Shown: piece by piece, positions 40,555 to 53,310 of the stretch
How positions within the stretch are numbered: the first letter of the stretch is position 1
Layout: each line of letters begins with the position of its first letter
Origin: Eledone cirrhosa
Lineage: Eukaryota
Assembly: GCA_964016885.1 (NCBI GenBank)
Contig: OZ024746.1
Location: 4,092,001-4,156,000 of the forward strand
Direction of reading: 5' to 3'
Length of the DNA stretch: 64,000 nucleotides
The notes under the pieces: model-generated
What the model was told of the DNA's origin: nothing
Seen by the model: the letters and a program-made list of their open reading frames with translations, nothing else
Databases searched by the model: none
Program-made: the position numbers and the translations under genes

Positions 40555-40847
40555 AATCAGATCAGGCCTTTCCGAAAGATCTTAGTTAACCTAAATAAAA
40601 TGAACGCATGCGGTGGCGGTGCCCCAGCATGGCCTCAGCCCCTCGGCTGGAACATAAATAATATAAAATAAAACCTGAAATCAATCAAGTTGAGAGTTCA
40701 ATACATTATATGGTCACATGATATTAAGAGAAAAAAGATATCGATACTCCTCTAGAATCTTTCATTAATGATATAAGCGACACCTGGCTTCAATTCAGGA
40801 TTGAAACCGAACCCCGTCCTCTATTTTCCAGTAACTTCTTGGTGAAC
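40555..40847 (+). repeat. Left arm of ~293-bp long-range inverted repeat
   Basis: Reverse complement of 43841-44133; about 6 mismatches counted by eye. Confidence 0.93.
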
Positions 40848-42144
40848 TTTACCCTCTTCTAATGTATATATGTAGATACATAGATTGTGCAGTTGATTTG
40901 GCAAAGTTGTTAAATCGTTGGATATTTGTTTCGAGTCTCTGCATTCTGAGATCAAATCTTGCCGAGGTCCACATTCCCTTTCAATTATCGGGCTCGATAA
41001 AGAAAGTACGATTCTAGTGCTGGTACAGCCCTCTTTGATTCACATCCAGCATGTTTAGCCTGACCAAGGTAGGGATGGCCGAGGGGGTCTCTGTGTGTGT
41101 TCAGGACTTCATGGACATCTAAGACCCTTAACAAATGTATGGCACATACTACCAGGTCGTACTCAATTGTGAGTGATGACTGTAGTGTAGTTATTTTCAG
41201 ATACATAAACGTATGGATGTGTAAATAAACATAAGATGAGGTGCATAAATTGCTAGATGAGTCGAGGTTTAGATGTGTGGACATGTTGATGCAGAGACCC
41301 GCACAAAGTTAGTCATAGACTCAGGATGAATATGAAACACTGGCCCCATTTCTAACTACTCACCAAGGGGGTTAGTAATCAGTGCTAGATATATACGATT
41401 TATGATTCATGCATGGCTGCGTGTAATATGATTACAAGTAAGAAAACAGGATTCAAGAAATAGAACTTGAGAGGAGCAAAACCCTAAAAATCATATGTGC
41501 AAGCCTGCAGGTCCACCTGGCACACTCACTAAGTCAGTTCGGGACTTGTGTAGATATGAAAGGCCTTGAGTCATTAAATAAAACTGAATCCATCACCATC
41601 GCAGCGAAAATAGTGTTGCTGGGAAATGTGAACGACTAACGCCCTGCAAAGCTTCTCCTCCATTGTGTATCATCATTCTGTAATGTTAGTCTCCATTGTT
41701 GTTACAATGGTTGGCTGTCCTCGTGTTGTTGCTACGACGGTTGATTGTCCTCGTGTTGTTACGACTGCCATGGTAAAATACATTCACATCTGTAGATACA
41801 TCACTGGTGAGGCCACATGGTAAGCGTGGCATAGTTCATATTAGTCACGAATCTTCGGTCACCCACGTGGCTGCGAACTCTGGTTTCTGTCCTTACCAAG
41901 TAAAGTCATCAAAACATTGAAAAGATGCGTAGATGTGTAGAGGTGTAGATATATAGATAGATTGTGGCGTAGATATGTCAGTGTTGCTGTATAGATGTGT
42001 ATATATAAATATCCAGTTGTGTAGATGAATATATAGATGTATATATAGACTTGTAAATATATACACAATGTGTAGATGTATTGATGTACATATGTAAAAT
42101 TCAGTTCATCTAGACATCCACACATTAATCGATCTACACATCTA

Positions 42145-42631
42145 CTCAATAATTGTTTCTACTTTAGGCACAAAGCCAGCAATTACCCAGTACATTACTG
42201 GTACTTTATTTTATCGACCCCGTAAGGATGAAAGGCAAAGTTAACCTCGGCGGGATTTGAACTCAGACTGTAAAGGGACGTAACTATGCTAGAAAGCATG
42301 ACGTCCAACCCTCTACCGATACTACCAATTCACTCAATAATTGTTTCTACTTTAGGCACAAGGCCAGCAATTACCCAGTGCATTACTGGTACTTTATTTT
42401 ATCGACCCCGTAAGGATGAAAGGCAAAGTTAACCTCGGCGGGATTTGAACTCAGACTGTAAAGGGACGTAACTATGCTAGAAAGCATGACGTCCAACCCT
42501 CTACCGATACTACCAATTCACTCAATAATTGTTTCTACTTTAGGCACAAGGCCAGCAATTACCCAGTGCATTACTGGTACTTTATTTTATCGACCCTGTA
42601 AGGATGAAAGGCAAAGTCAACCTCGGCGGGA
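42145..42631 (-). mobile_element. Tandem array of SINE family A, 188-bp period, ~2.6 copies
   Basis: CTCAATAATTGTTTCTACTTTAGGCACA starts at 42145, 42333 and 42521; units near-identical. Confidence 0.9.
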
Positions 42632-42671
42632 TTCACTTAATAATGCGTTATACATTGACACATTGATGTAT

Positions 42672-42885
42672 GGATTGGCAGAATCGGTAGAGCGTCGAAC
42701 ACCATGCTTTCCAGCATTGATTTTGTGGCCCTTTACATTCTGTGTTCAAATCCCACCGAGGTTAACTTTGTCTTTCATCCTCACGGGGTCGATAAAATAA
42801 GTACCAGTAATGTACTGGGAATCAATTTAATCGACTTTCCCCTCCCCCAAAATTGTTGGCCTTGTTCCAAATATAGAAACTGTTA
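42672..42885 (+). mobile_element. SINE family A (longer variant), inverted relative to the adjacent array
   Basis: TGGCAGAATCGGTAGAG head, GTTCAAATCC, core. Confidence 0.85.
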
Positions 42886-43288
42886 TTATTGTTATTATTG
42901 TTATTATTGTTATTATTGTTATTGTATCAATTGTCGCCATTTTTGCGGCTCCTGCTGTTATTGTCCCCCCCCTCTTATTATGTCAGATACAGAGTATCTA
43001 GAATCGCTCCACCTAATGTATCTTTCAAGTGTAATTTGAAGGAGATTTGGCTGCTATTTCTAGCAGGTAAAATGACAGTGTATGAGGCTCCGTTTGTTGC
43101 TGCTATTGTTGCTGCTGTTAATACTTACAACAATTGCTCATTAACTCATTACTGCTGTTGCTGGTGGTGCTGCTGCTGTCACAATTGAAGTAGAGGAAGA
43201 ACAGATCAAAGATAAGAACTAATTAATTATTGATGTAAAGATTGCTTTATTAGCTCTACTGTAAAGTATCGTGGTCACTGAGTAATAG

Positions 43289-43742
43289 AAGCAGCAGCAG
43301 CAACGGCAGCAGCAGCAGCAACGGCAGCAGCAGCAACGGCAGCAGCAACGGCAGCAGCAACGGCAGCAGCAACGGGAGCAGCAATGGCAGCAGCAACAAC
43401 AGCAATAACGGCAGCAATAATAGCAGCAACAGCAGCAATAACAGCAGCAACAACAGCAGCAATAACAGCAGCAACAACAGCAGCAACAACAACATCAGCA
43501 ATAACATCAGCAGCAAGAACAGCAGCAACAACATAATCAGCAGCAGCAGTTATTGTAACAACAGCAACAACAGCAGCAACAGCAGCAATAACAGCAACAG
43601 CAACAACAGCAGCAGCAACAACAGCAGCACCAGCAGCAGAAGCAACATCAGCAGCAACGTCAATAGCTGCAGCAACAGTAGCTTCATCATCAGCAGCAGT
43701 TGTAACAACAGAAGCAACAACAACAACAGCAGCACCAGAAGC
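43289..43742. repeat. Cryptic CAG/CAA trinucleotide tract
   Basis: Imperfect (CAG/CAA)n. Confidence 0.9.
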
Positions 43743-43840
43743 AGTTAAGAAGAGTAAGTGAGCATTAAGACAGCCAAATCTGCTGAGGTTAACATCAGTG
43801 GTAATAGTTGAATTAGAGGAAGGTAAAGGTGGGGTGATCT

Positions 43841-44133
43841 GTTGACCAAGAAGTTACTGGAAAATAGAGGACGGGGTTCGGTTTCAATCCTGAATTGAAG
43901 CTAGGTGTCGCTTATATCATTAATGAAAGATTCTAGCGGAGTATCGATATCTTTTTTCTCTTAATATCATGTGACCATATAATGTATTGAACTCTCAACT
44001 TGATTGATTTCAGGTTTTATTTTATATTATTTATGTTCCAGTCGAGGGGCTGAGGCCATGCTGGGGCACCGCCACCACATGCGTTCATTTTATTTAGGTT
44101 AACTAAGATCTTTCGGAAAGGCCTCATCTGATT
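43841..44133 (-). repeat. Right arm of ~293-bp inverted repeat
   Basis: See 40555-40847. Confidence 0.93.
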
Positions 44134-44200
44134 AGTAGTAATCTACACAAGCTTCAATTATTTCATCACTTCTGTCTTCACCACATACATTGTGTTCACA

Positions 44201-45473
44201 GGCACCACGTCCTATCGATTACAGAGATCCGCGGCACCTCGTCCTATCGATTACAGAGATCCGCGGCACCTCGTCCTATCGAATACAGAGATCCGCGGCA
44301 CCTCGTCCTATCGAATACAAAGATCCGCGGCACCTCGTCCTATCGATTACAGAGATCCGCGGCACCTCGTCCTATCGAATACAGAGATCCGCGGCACCTC
44401 GTCCTATCGAATACAAAGATCCGCGGCACCTCGTCCTATCGATTACAGAGATCCGCGGCACCTCGTCCTATCGAATACAGAGATCCGCGGCACCTCGTCC
44501 TATCGAATACAGAGATCCGCGGCACCTCGTCCTATCGAATACAAAGATCCGCGGCACCTCGTCCTATCGATTACAGAGATCCGCGGCACCTCGTCCTATC
44601 GAATACAGAGATCCGCGGCACCTCGTCCTATCGAATACAAAGATCCGCGGCACCTCGTCCTATCGATTACAGAGATCCGCGGCACCTCGTCCTATCGAAT
44701 ACAGAGATCCGCGGCACCTCGTCCTATCGAATACAAAGATCCGCGGCACCTCGTTCTATCGATTACAGAGATCCGCGGCACCTCGTCCTATCGAATACAG
44801 AGATCCGCGGCACCTCGTCCTATCGAATACAAAGATCCGCGGCACCTCGTCCTATCGATTACAGAGATCCGCGGCACCTCGTCCTATCGAATACAGAGAT
44901 CCGCGGCACCTCGTCCTATCGAATACAAAGATCCGCGGCACCTCGTCCTATCGATTACAGAGATCCGCGGCACCTCGTCCTATCGAATACAGAGATCCGC
45001 GGCACCTCGTCCTATCGAATACAGAGATCCGCGGCACCTCGTCCTATCGAATACAAAGATCCGCGGCACCTCGTCCTATCGATTACAGAGATCCGCGGCA
45101 CCTCGTCCTATCGAATACAGAGATCCGCGGTACCTCGTCCTATCGAATACAAAGATCCGCGGCACCTCGTCCTATCGATTACAGAGATCCGCGGCACCTC
45201 GTCCTATCGAATACAGAGATCCGCGGCACCTCGTCCTATCGAATACAAAGATCCGCGGCACCTCGTCCTATCGATTACAGAGATCCGCGGCACCTCGTCC
45301 TATCGAATACAGAGATCCGCGGCACCTCGTCCTATCGAATACAGAGATCCGCGGCACCTCGTCCTATCGAATACAAAGATCCGCGGCACCTCGTCCTATC
45401 GATTACAGAGATCCGCGGCACCTCGTCCTATCGAATACAGAGATCCGCGGCACCTCGTCCTACAGAGATCCGC
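44201..45473. repeat. 32-bp CpG-rich minisatellite: 39 full units plus one 25-bp unit, mostly trimeric (96-bp) higher order
   Basis: Unit GGCACCTCGTCCTATCGA(T/A)TACA(G/A)AGATCCGC. Confidence 0.97.
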
Positions 45474-45885
45474 TCACGTTACAGCGTCAAACCGAACGGG
45501 AACATTCTTCGCGGTCGTCGACTGAACTGGTTTTGCCACGCTCTTTGGTGTCAACCAGGAAACAGTTGATCTACAACCGCTTCAAGGATGGTTCAAATTT
45601 TGAGGTTGACAGCTGAAAACTTGGCTGCACATTGTGGGAAGCGACGTTGAAATCCACCTTGGCCCACGTGTGTTCGGTACACGCCGTTGAAATCGCGATT
45701 GGTTGGCCCTCATTGATTCAATTGCTTTCGCCCATCGTGTGTGGTCTGCGTTCGTAAGAGACACCGTGAATTCCTTCATTGGAGCCAGCTCAATCCACCC
45801 CGGGTGAACGCCGCTACAAGTACAAGTAATAGTAGTATTGAGGTCTACAAGATATGTTGTACTAATAAACATATGTACATGTATA

Positions 45886-46667
45886 ACTCTACACATCTAC
45901 AACTCTACACATCTACAACTCTACACATCTACAACTCTACAACTCTACAACTCTACACATCTACAACTCTACACATCTACAACCCTACACATCTACAACT
46001 CTACACATCTACAACTCTACACATCTACAACTCTACACATCTACAACCATACACATCTACAACTCTATACATCTACAACTCTATACATCTACAACTCTAC
46101 ACATCTACAACTCTACAACTCTACACAACTACAACTCTACACATCTACAACTCTACACATCTACAACTCTACACATCTACAACTCTACACATCTACAACT
46201 CTACAACTCTACACAACTACAACTCTACACATCTACAACTCTACACATCTACAACTCTACACATCTACAACTCTACACATCTACAACTCTACACATCTAC
46301 AACTCTACACATCTACAACTCTACACATCTACAACCATACACATCTACAACTCTACACATCTACAACTCTACACATATACAACTCTACACAACTACAACC
46401 CTACACATATACAACTCTACAACTCTACACAACTACAACTCTACACATCTACAACTCTACACATCTACAACTCTACACATCTACAACTCTACACAACTAC
46501 AACCATACACATCTACAACTCTACACATCTACAACTCTACAACTCTACAACTCTACAACTCTACACATCTACAACTCTACACATCTACAACTCTACACAT
46601 CTACAACTCTACACATATACAACCATACACATCTACAACTCTACACATCTACAACTCTACACATCTA
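45886..46667. repeat. 16-bp minisatellite ACATCTACAACTCTAC (8-bp subunits)
   Basis: Direct tandem repeat. Confidence 0.95.
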
Positions 46668-47519
46668 TATATATGTACTACACCACACTAAAATGACTTT
46701 ACAATATCATCTCCAGTATTTAATGTCTCAGACCAGTCTATATTTGCCGTGGTAGAAATAACGACCAAATTAATGGATATAATTCTAGATAAATAAACCA
46801 GGCTGGCAAGAAATTATAGAAAAACAACATAGAAAAGCATGGTCACTTCTATAGGGCCTCGGGGGTCAGTATGGCTTGCGATATTTCTTCTGGCTCTTTC
46901 TGTACTGAATTAAAATTACACTGTTGTCTACTTGACTGGTAGACTTCGTTACCCGGTTTAATACCAACACCTGACCCTTGGGGACTTTTTACTGGAGCTC
47001 ATACTGTTGCAAACATTCTGACCAGGTCTCCAGTTTGAGGAGACCTTTCTTCTGCCCTCCCACAAGCCTCTGGGGCTCTCAATAAAACAAGTAAAAAACT
47101 GACGAAGACAACCTCAAGTGTAGACCTAACAGCAGCAAGGACAGCAGCAGCGGCACTAACGGCAACAGCATCAACAGCAGCAATATCAATAGTAGAATTA
47201 TTAACTGTAGCAGCAACATCATCATCAAGAGTAATAGTTATAGTAAGGGCAACGGCAACAAGAGCAGCAGAAAGATCAACTAGAGCAGTAGAGTTAGTAT
47301 TGTAGCAGTAGCAGCAACAGCATCAAAAGTATCGTCAGAAAAGCAGCAGCAGCAGCAGAAGCAGCAGTTAAGAGTAAGAGAACATCAACAGATGAAGCAA
47401 CAATACGGCAGCAAAAGAGAGGTGGGGGCGGGGGGAGAAGTAGGAGGAGAAGCGTGACACGGGGAGTAATGTGGGAGGAAGAGTAGGAGGAGGAGAAGAA
47501 GAAGAAGAAGAAGAAAACT

Positions 47520-47898
47520 GTCAGTGAATTTTTGACTCGCTTGAAGCAGACGACATCAGCAGTTAATTTTCGGAGTTGTGTGAAGCCGGACACGACCGAA
47601 ACTGACCGGAAGTATTTCGGACAGTGTCGGAGAGATACGACTATGGCCTGGTGATGAAACAACAACCCCCATACCCCTGCCAGGCGAAACAAAACCCACC
47701 GAAATGAAAACAGAACAAAGAACCGAAAAAAAGAAAGATATAGAGAAAGAAATGGAGAAAGATACGGAGCGAGAGAGAGAGAGAGAGAGAGCAACACACC
47801 CTCCAGCTGCTACATTTTCCCCTCCTCGTCTTTCTGCAAAGAAGGGAAAGGGGAGAAGGAGAGAGAGAGAAGACTTAGGTTTGTACAGAGACCGTGTG
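47520..47898 (+). promoter_or_regulatory. Candidate promoter/5' UTR (CpG-enriched, ETS motif)
   Basis: ACCGGAAGT at 47605-47613; locally many CpGs; GA-rich tracts; precedes ATG and a strong donor. Confidence 0.35.
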
Positions 47899-47939
47899 AT
47901 GTCCACCCTGGTCAGAAGGCAGACGATGCAACAACTAAG
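47899..47939 (+). CDS. Candidate first coding exon MSTLVRRQTMQQL(R) of an unidentified host gene
   Basis: ATG at 47899; AAG|GTATGT donor at 47939/47940; composition shifts to AT-rich intron-like sequence afterwards. Confidence 0.4.
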
Positions 47940-48131
47940 GTATGTATTATATAAGTTTATTGTCTCTGTCAATGTTGTAATTGTGGCTATTTATTGTTTA
48001 GCTTCTTTATTTGGATTTATGGAGAAATACATCTTATTTTTATTACTTTAAAATATATATTTACCACACACATGAAAACTATATTTTTCTCTTTTTCTCC
48101 TCTGTCTTTATCTCTCTCTCACCCCTCACCC

Positions 48132-48219
<88 letters not shown>

Positions 48220-48222
48220 GTA

Positions 48223-48254
<32 letters not shown>

Positions 48255-48678
48255 GTCACTCGGCTCTAAGGCTTCACGTCATTGCTACATCGCGTTGTTC
48301 GCTTTGTATATTCGTTCCAGCGACACAAATACGAAGGAATTAACAAAACGTGAAACTCGGAGTAGCGACGAGGTCAGTCATGTGCTTCGAACAAAACATT
48401 TTAATACATATTTTCAGTACTCTTTCTATATTTTATACTTCCAATAGTGTATATATATATATATACACGTGTGTTGTATTAAAGCGAATAACTGTGTATA
48501 CTCTGGGAGTGTATAATCTGGGAGTGTACGCTGAGATGCAACCGGTCCTAGCATTCACCTATGCTGGGTCCGTCAACTTCTTATTATATATATATAAATG
48601 GCTTCTACAGGTTTAGAACTGTTTCATTCCAAGGAAATTAGCAGGAACGCCCTGTATATATATATATATATATATATA

Positions 48679-48873
48679 TACAACAGCGTTGCTGAAAAGT
48701 TCCCGCCTTTGGGTAAAATAAAATACAGGAGGATCAGTTAATTATAATTTTACTCCACATATTCCCCTCTCAGATCCATCCATTTATTCCAGTGGTCCTA
48801 CCTCTCCTGTAAACGTCACAGCTCTACCCTTTAGTGATACCCTTAAAAACAGGAATTTTTCAGCAGCCCTGCA
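48679..48873. mobile_element. Tc1/mariner-type MITE
   Basis: Imperfect TIRs CAGCGTTGCTGAAAAGTTCC ... GGAATTTTTCAGCAGCCCTG, flanked by TA. Confidence 0.65.
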
Positions 48874-48917
48874 TATATATGTGAAAACCAGAATCCGAAG
48901 AGGGCTCGTTAAGGATT

Positions 48918-49032
<115 letters not shown>

Positions 49033-49179
49033 GTTAAATCTTAGATGGGAACAAAAACAGAGAGGCAGTACAAATATGAGTTTATTAGGTTCACGCTTGA
49101 GAGTGGGGGCGGGGATATATATATATATATATGTATGTATATATGTATGTATATATATATATATATGTATGTATGTGTG

Positions 49180-49210
<31 letters not shown>

Positions 49211-49288
49211 GTGTATATAAACTCGTAGAGCAAATATTTATTATTAGTATAGGTTAGAAATTAAGTAAAGAATTTCTGCTTTCACCCA

Positions 49289-49367
<79 letters not shown>

Positions 49368-49429
49368 TGTGTGTGTGTCTGTGTGCGTGTGTGTATGTGT
49401 GTGTATGTGTGTGTCTGTGTGTGTGTGTA

Positions 49430-49460
<31 letters not shown>

Positions 49461-49735
49461 TGATGTCTGTGTGCGTGTGTGTCTGTGTGCATGTGTGTGT
49501 GTGTGTCTGTGAGTGTGTGTGTGTGTGCGTGTGTGTGTGTGTATAACATTGTTCTTAAAAATACCAATAAAACGTGTGACTCAATATCAAAAGTGCTGTT
49601 GGTATTTATTAATACCAAGGACACTGTGTGTTCGTCTATGTATATGTTTGTGTGTGTGTGTGTGTGTGAATGTGTGAGTGTGAGTGTATGTGAGTGTGAG
49701 TGTGTGTGTGAGTGTGGGTGTATTTGTATTACTAT

Positions 49736-49903
49736 TAATTGTTTCTACTTTAGGCACAAGGCCAGCAATAACCCAGTGCATTACTGGTACTTTATTTTAT
49801 CGACCCCGTAAGGATGAAAGGCAAAGTTAACCTCGGCGGGATTTGAACTCAGATCGTAAAGGGACGTAACTCTATGCTTCAAAGCATGGTGTCCGACTCT
49901 CTA
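49736..49903 (-). mobile_element. SINE family A
   Basis: Antisense copy of 16431-16601. Confidence 0.85.
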
Positions 49904-50046
49904 ATGTATCGTATGTGTTTATATAAGAATATGGGAGAAAATCTGTTAACCACGTGAATTATTAACAGACATGTATAATACACGTGTGTATTTGTATACA
50001 TCAGTGCATGTGTATAGGTGTGTGTATGTCTCTGTGTGTATATATA

Positions 50047-50080
<34 letters not shown>

Positions 50081-50185
50081 CGTGTTTATGTTTCTTCTTT
50101 ACTTATTTGTTTTGCATGTAAGTAAAGATGTGAACAGCATCTAATAAATATTTGATATGGATGTAATAAGATTCTTATTCATAGG

Positions 50186-50222
<37 letters not shown>

Positions 50223-50611
50223 AGAAACACACACATACACGCACACGAACACACATACACGTACACGCACAGACAAACATACAAACACACACACAAACAA
50301 ACATAACAATCACAACCACGCGCACACACAAACACGTACACCCACACGTACACACAAACGCATACACATGCACAAACACGTATATACACACGCACTTAAA
50401 CACAGAGAGAGTGAAAGTAAGAGAGAGAGAGAGGAAAGAGAGCGCGCGGGAAAAGGCGAGAGAGAGAAGAAGAAAGGATAAGCGAAAGAATTTGAGAGAA
50501 ATAGATTGTGAAAGTGAAAGTGAAAGTGGTTGTTGATAGCTGAGTAGAAAGATGTTGAGATCGGTTGAGAAATACACGGACACACTTTCGAATATATATA
50601 ATCATGGATAA

Positions 50612-50659
<48 letters not shown>

Positions 50660-51180
50660 GCGTGTGTATACAGAGAGAGAGAGAGAAAGAGGGGGCAGAG
50701 AGGAGAGATGCTGAGAAAGCTGAAAGACGATTGATGTCGAAGTGGTTTAACCCAACGTTGAACCTGATCGAGAATAGAATAACTGCCGAAGAAACACATC
50801 CCAACCATGGCCATCTCCTCGTGTACACTATATTATCTAATGTGTATATTTCCTATTCTCATTATAAAATTATAGGGTCAGATCTGAGGGAAATTTGGCA
50901 GCTATTTTATCACGTTAACCAAATACGTAGAGACGCCCTCGCTGCTCGTTTGCTAGTTTTTAGCTATGTAAATTTTTACGTGAGAAAATGTGATTATATT
51001 TGCATAGAACACATGCTACAAGTTTCTATAGAATGGATAAACTATTGGGTGAGAGGTTCTGGCAGGGATGGGATTTACAGAACATTATTAATTCCAGTTT
51101 CATCATAAGTCATTCTGTCACTTGTCCACCATATTACTCTCTAAGCAGGTGATGACATCTTTAACGTTTTTTCATTTGAT

Positions 51181-51362
51181 CACTCACCAGTTCACTCACC
51201 TGTTCACTCACCTGTTCACTCACATGTTCACTCACCTGTTCACTCACCTGTTCACTCACCTGTTCACTCACCTGTTCACTCACCTGTTCACTCACCTGTT
51301 CACTCACCTGTTCACTCACCTGTTCACTCACCTGTTCACTCACATGTTCACTCACCTGTTCA
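51181..51362. repeat. 12-bp minisatellite CACTCACCTGTT x15
   Basis: 12 perfect units and 3 single-base variants. Confidence 0.97.
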
Positions 51363-51517
51363 AAACACACTTCAAACACCAATGTCATCACAACAACGAC
51401 GAAGACGACTGTTACCACAAATAACACTAACACCACCACCACCACTACCATCGATACCATCGCCTCTATCACCTGTAATCATCATCAACAACAACACACG
51501 CAGGTATCACTCCTACT

Positions 51518-53310
51518 AACACAACCAACAACACAACCACCAACACAACCACCAACACAACCATCAACACAACCACCAACACAGCCACCAAAACAACCAC
51601 CAACACAACCACCAACACAACCACCAACACAACCACCAAAACAACCACCAACACAGCCACCAAAACAACCACCAACACAACCACCAATACAACCACCAAC
51701 ACAGCCACCAACACAACCACCAACACAGCCACCAACACAATCACCAACACAACCACCAACACAACCACCAACACAACCACCAACACAACCACGAAGACAA
51801 CCACCACACAACCACCAACACAACCACAAACACAACCACCAACAGTATAACAAACACAACCACCAACACAACCACCAACACAGCCACCAACACAACCACC
51901 AACACAGCCACCAACACAATCACCAACACAACCACCAACACAACCACCAACACAACCACCAACACAACCACGAAAACAACCACCACACAACCACCAACAC
52001 AACCACAAACACAATCACCAACACAACCACCAACACAACCAGCAACACAGCCACAAACACAACCACCAACACAACCACCAACACAGCCACCAACACAACC
52101 ACCAACACAGCCACCAACACAATCACCAACACAACCACCAACACAACCACCAACACAACCACCAACACAACCACGAAAACAACCACCACACAACCACCAA
52201 CACAACCACAAACACAATCAACAACACAACCACCAACACAACCTCCAACATTACCACCAACACAACCACCAACACAACCACCAACAGTATCACAAACACA
52301 ACCAGCAACACAACCACCAACACAACCACCAACACAACCACCAACACAACCACCAACTCAACCACTAACACAACCACCAATACAACCACCAGCAGTACCT
52401 CAAACACAATCACCAACACAACCAGCAACACAACCAGCAACACAACCAGCAACACAACCACCAATACAACCACCAACACAACCACCAGCACAACCACCAT
52501 CACAACCACCAACAGTACCACAAACACAACCAGCAACACAACCACCACACAACCACCAACACAACCACCAATACAACCACCAACACAACCACCAACACAA
52601 CCACCAACACAACCACCAACACAACCACCATCAAAACCACTAACACAAGCAGCAACACAACCATCAACACAACCACCAACAGTACCACAAACACAACCAC
52701 CAACACAACCACCAAAACAACCACCAACAACACCCCCAACACAACCACCAACACAACCACCAACACAACCACCAACAACACCACCAACACAACCACCTAC
52801 ACAACCACCAATACAACCACTAATACAACCACCAACACGACCACCAACACAACCACCACCAGTACCACCACCAGTACCACTAACACAACCACCAAAACAA
52901 CCACCAACACAACCACCAACACGACCACCACCAGTACTACTAACACAACCACCAACACAACCACCAACACGACCACCACCAGTACCAACACAACCACCAA
53001 CACAACCACCAACACAACCACCAACACGACCACCACCAGTACCACCACCAGTACTACCAACACAACCACCAACACAACCACCAACACAACCACCAACACG
53101 ACCACCACCAGTACCAACACAACCACCAACACAACCACCAACACAACCACCAACACGACCACCACCAGTACCAACACAACCACCAACACAACCACCAACA
53201 CAACCACCAACACAACCACCAACACAACCACCAACACAACCACCAACACAACCACCAACACAACCACCAACACAACCACCAACACAACCACCAACACAAC
53301 CACCAACACA
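51518..53310. repeat. 12-bp minisatellite AACACAACCACC with variants
   Basis: Long tandem array; source of the GGCV and poly-V ORFs. Confidence 0.95.

Noticed and set aside
41059-41168. Possible exon (TTTAG ... TT|GTGAGT) inside the large inverted repeat
   Set aside because: Weak polypyrimidine tract and no recognisable peptide; unsupported without RNA data.
44098-44133. CAGATGA-GG..CC-GAAA-GATC-TTA on the minus strand as a hammerhead
   Set aside because: U4 is replaced by A, stem II is only 2 bp, and the partner arm has CAGATCA; too weak.
44201-45473. 32-bp repeat as a CRISPR array
   Set aside because: Units are contiguous with no unique spacers, there are no cas genes, and the context is eukaryotic.
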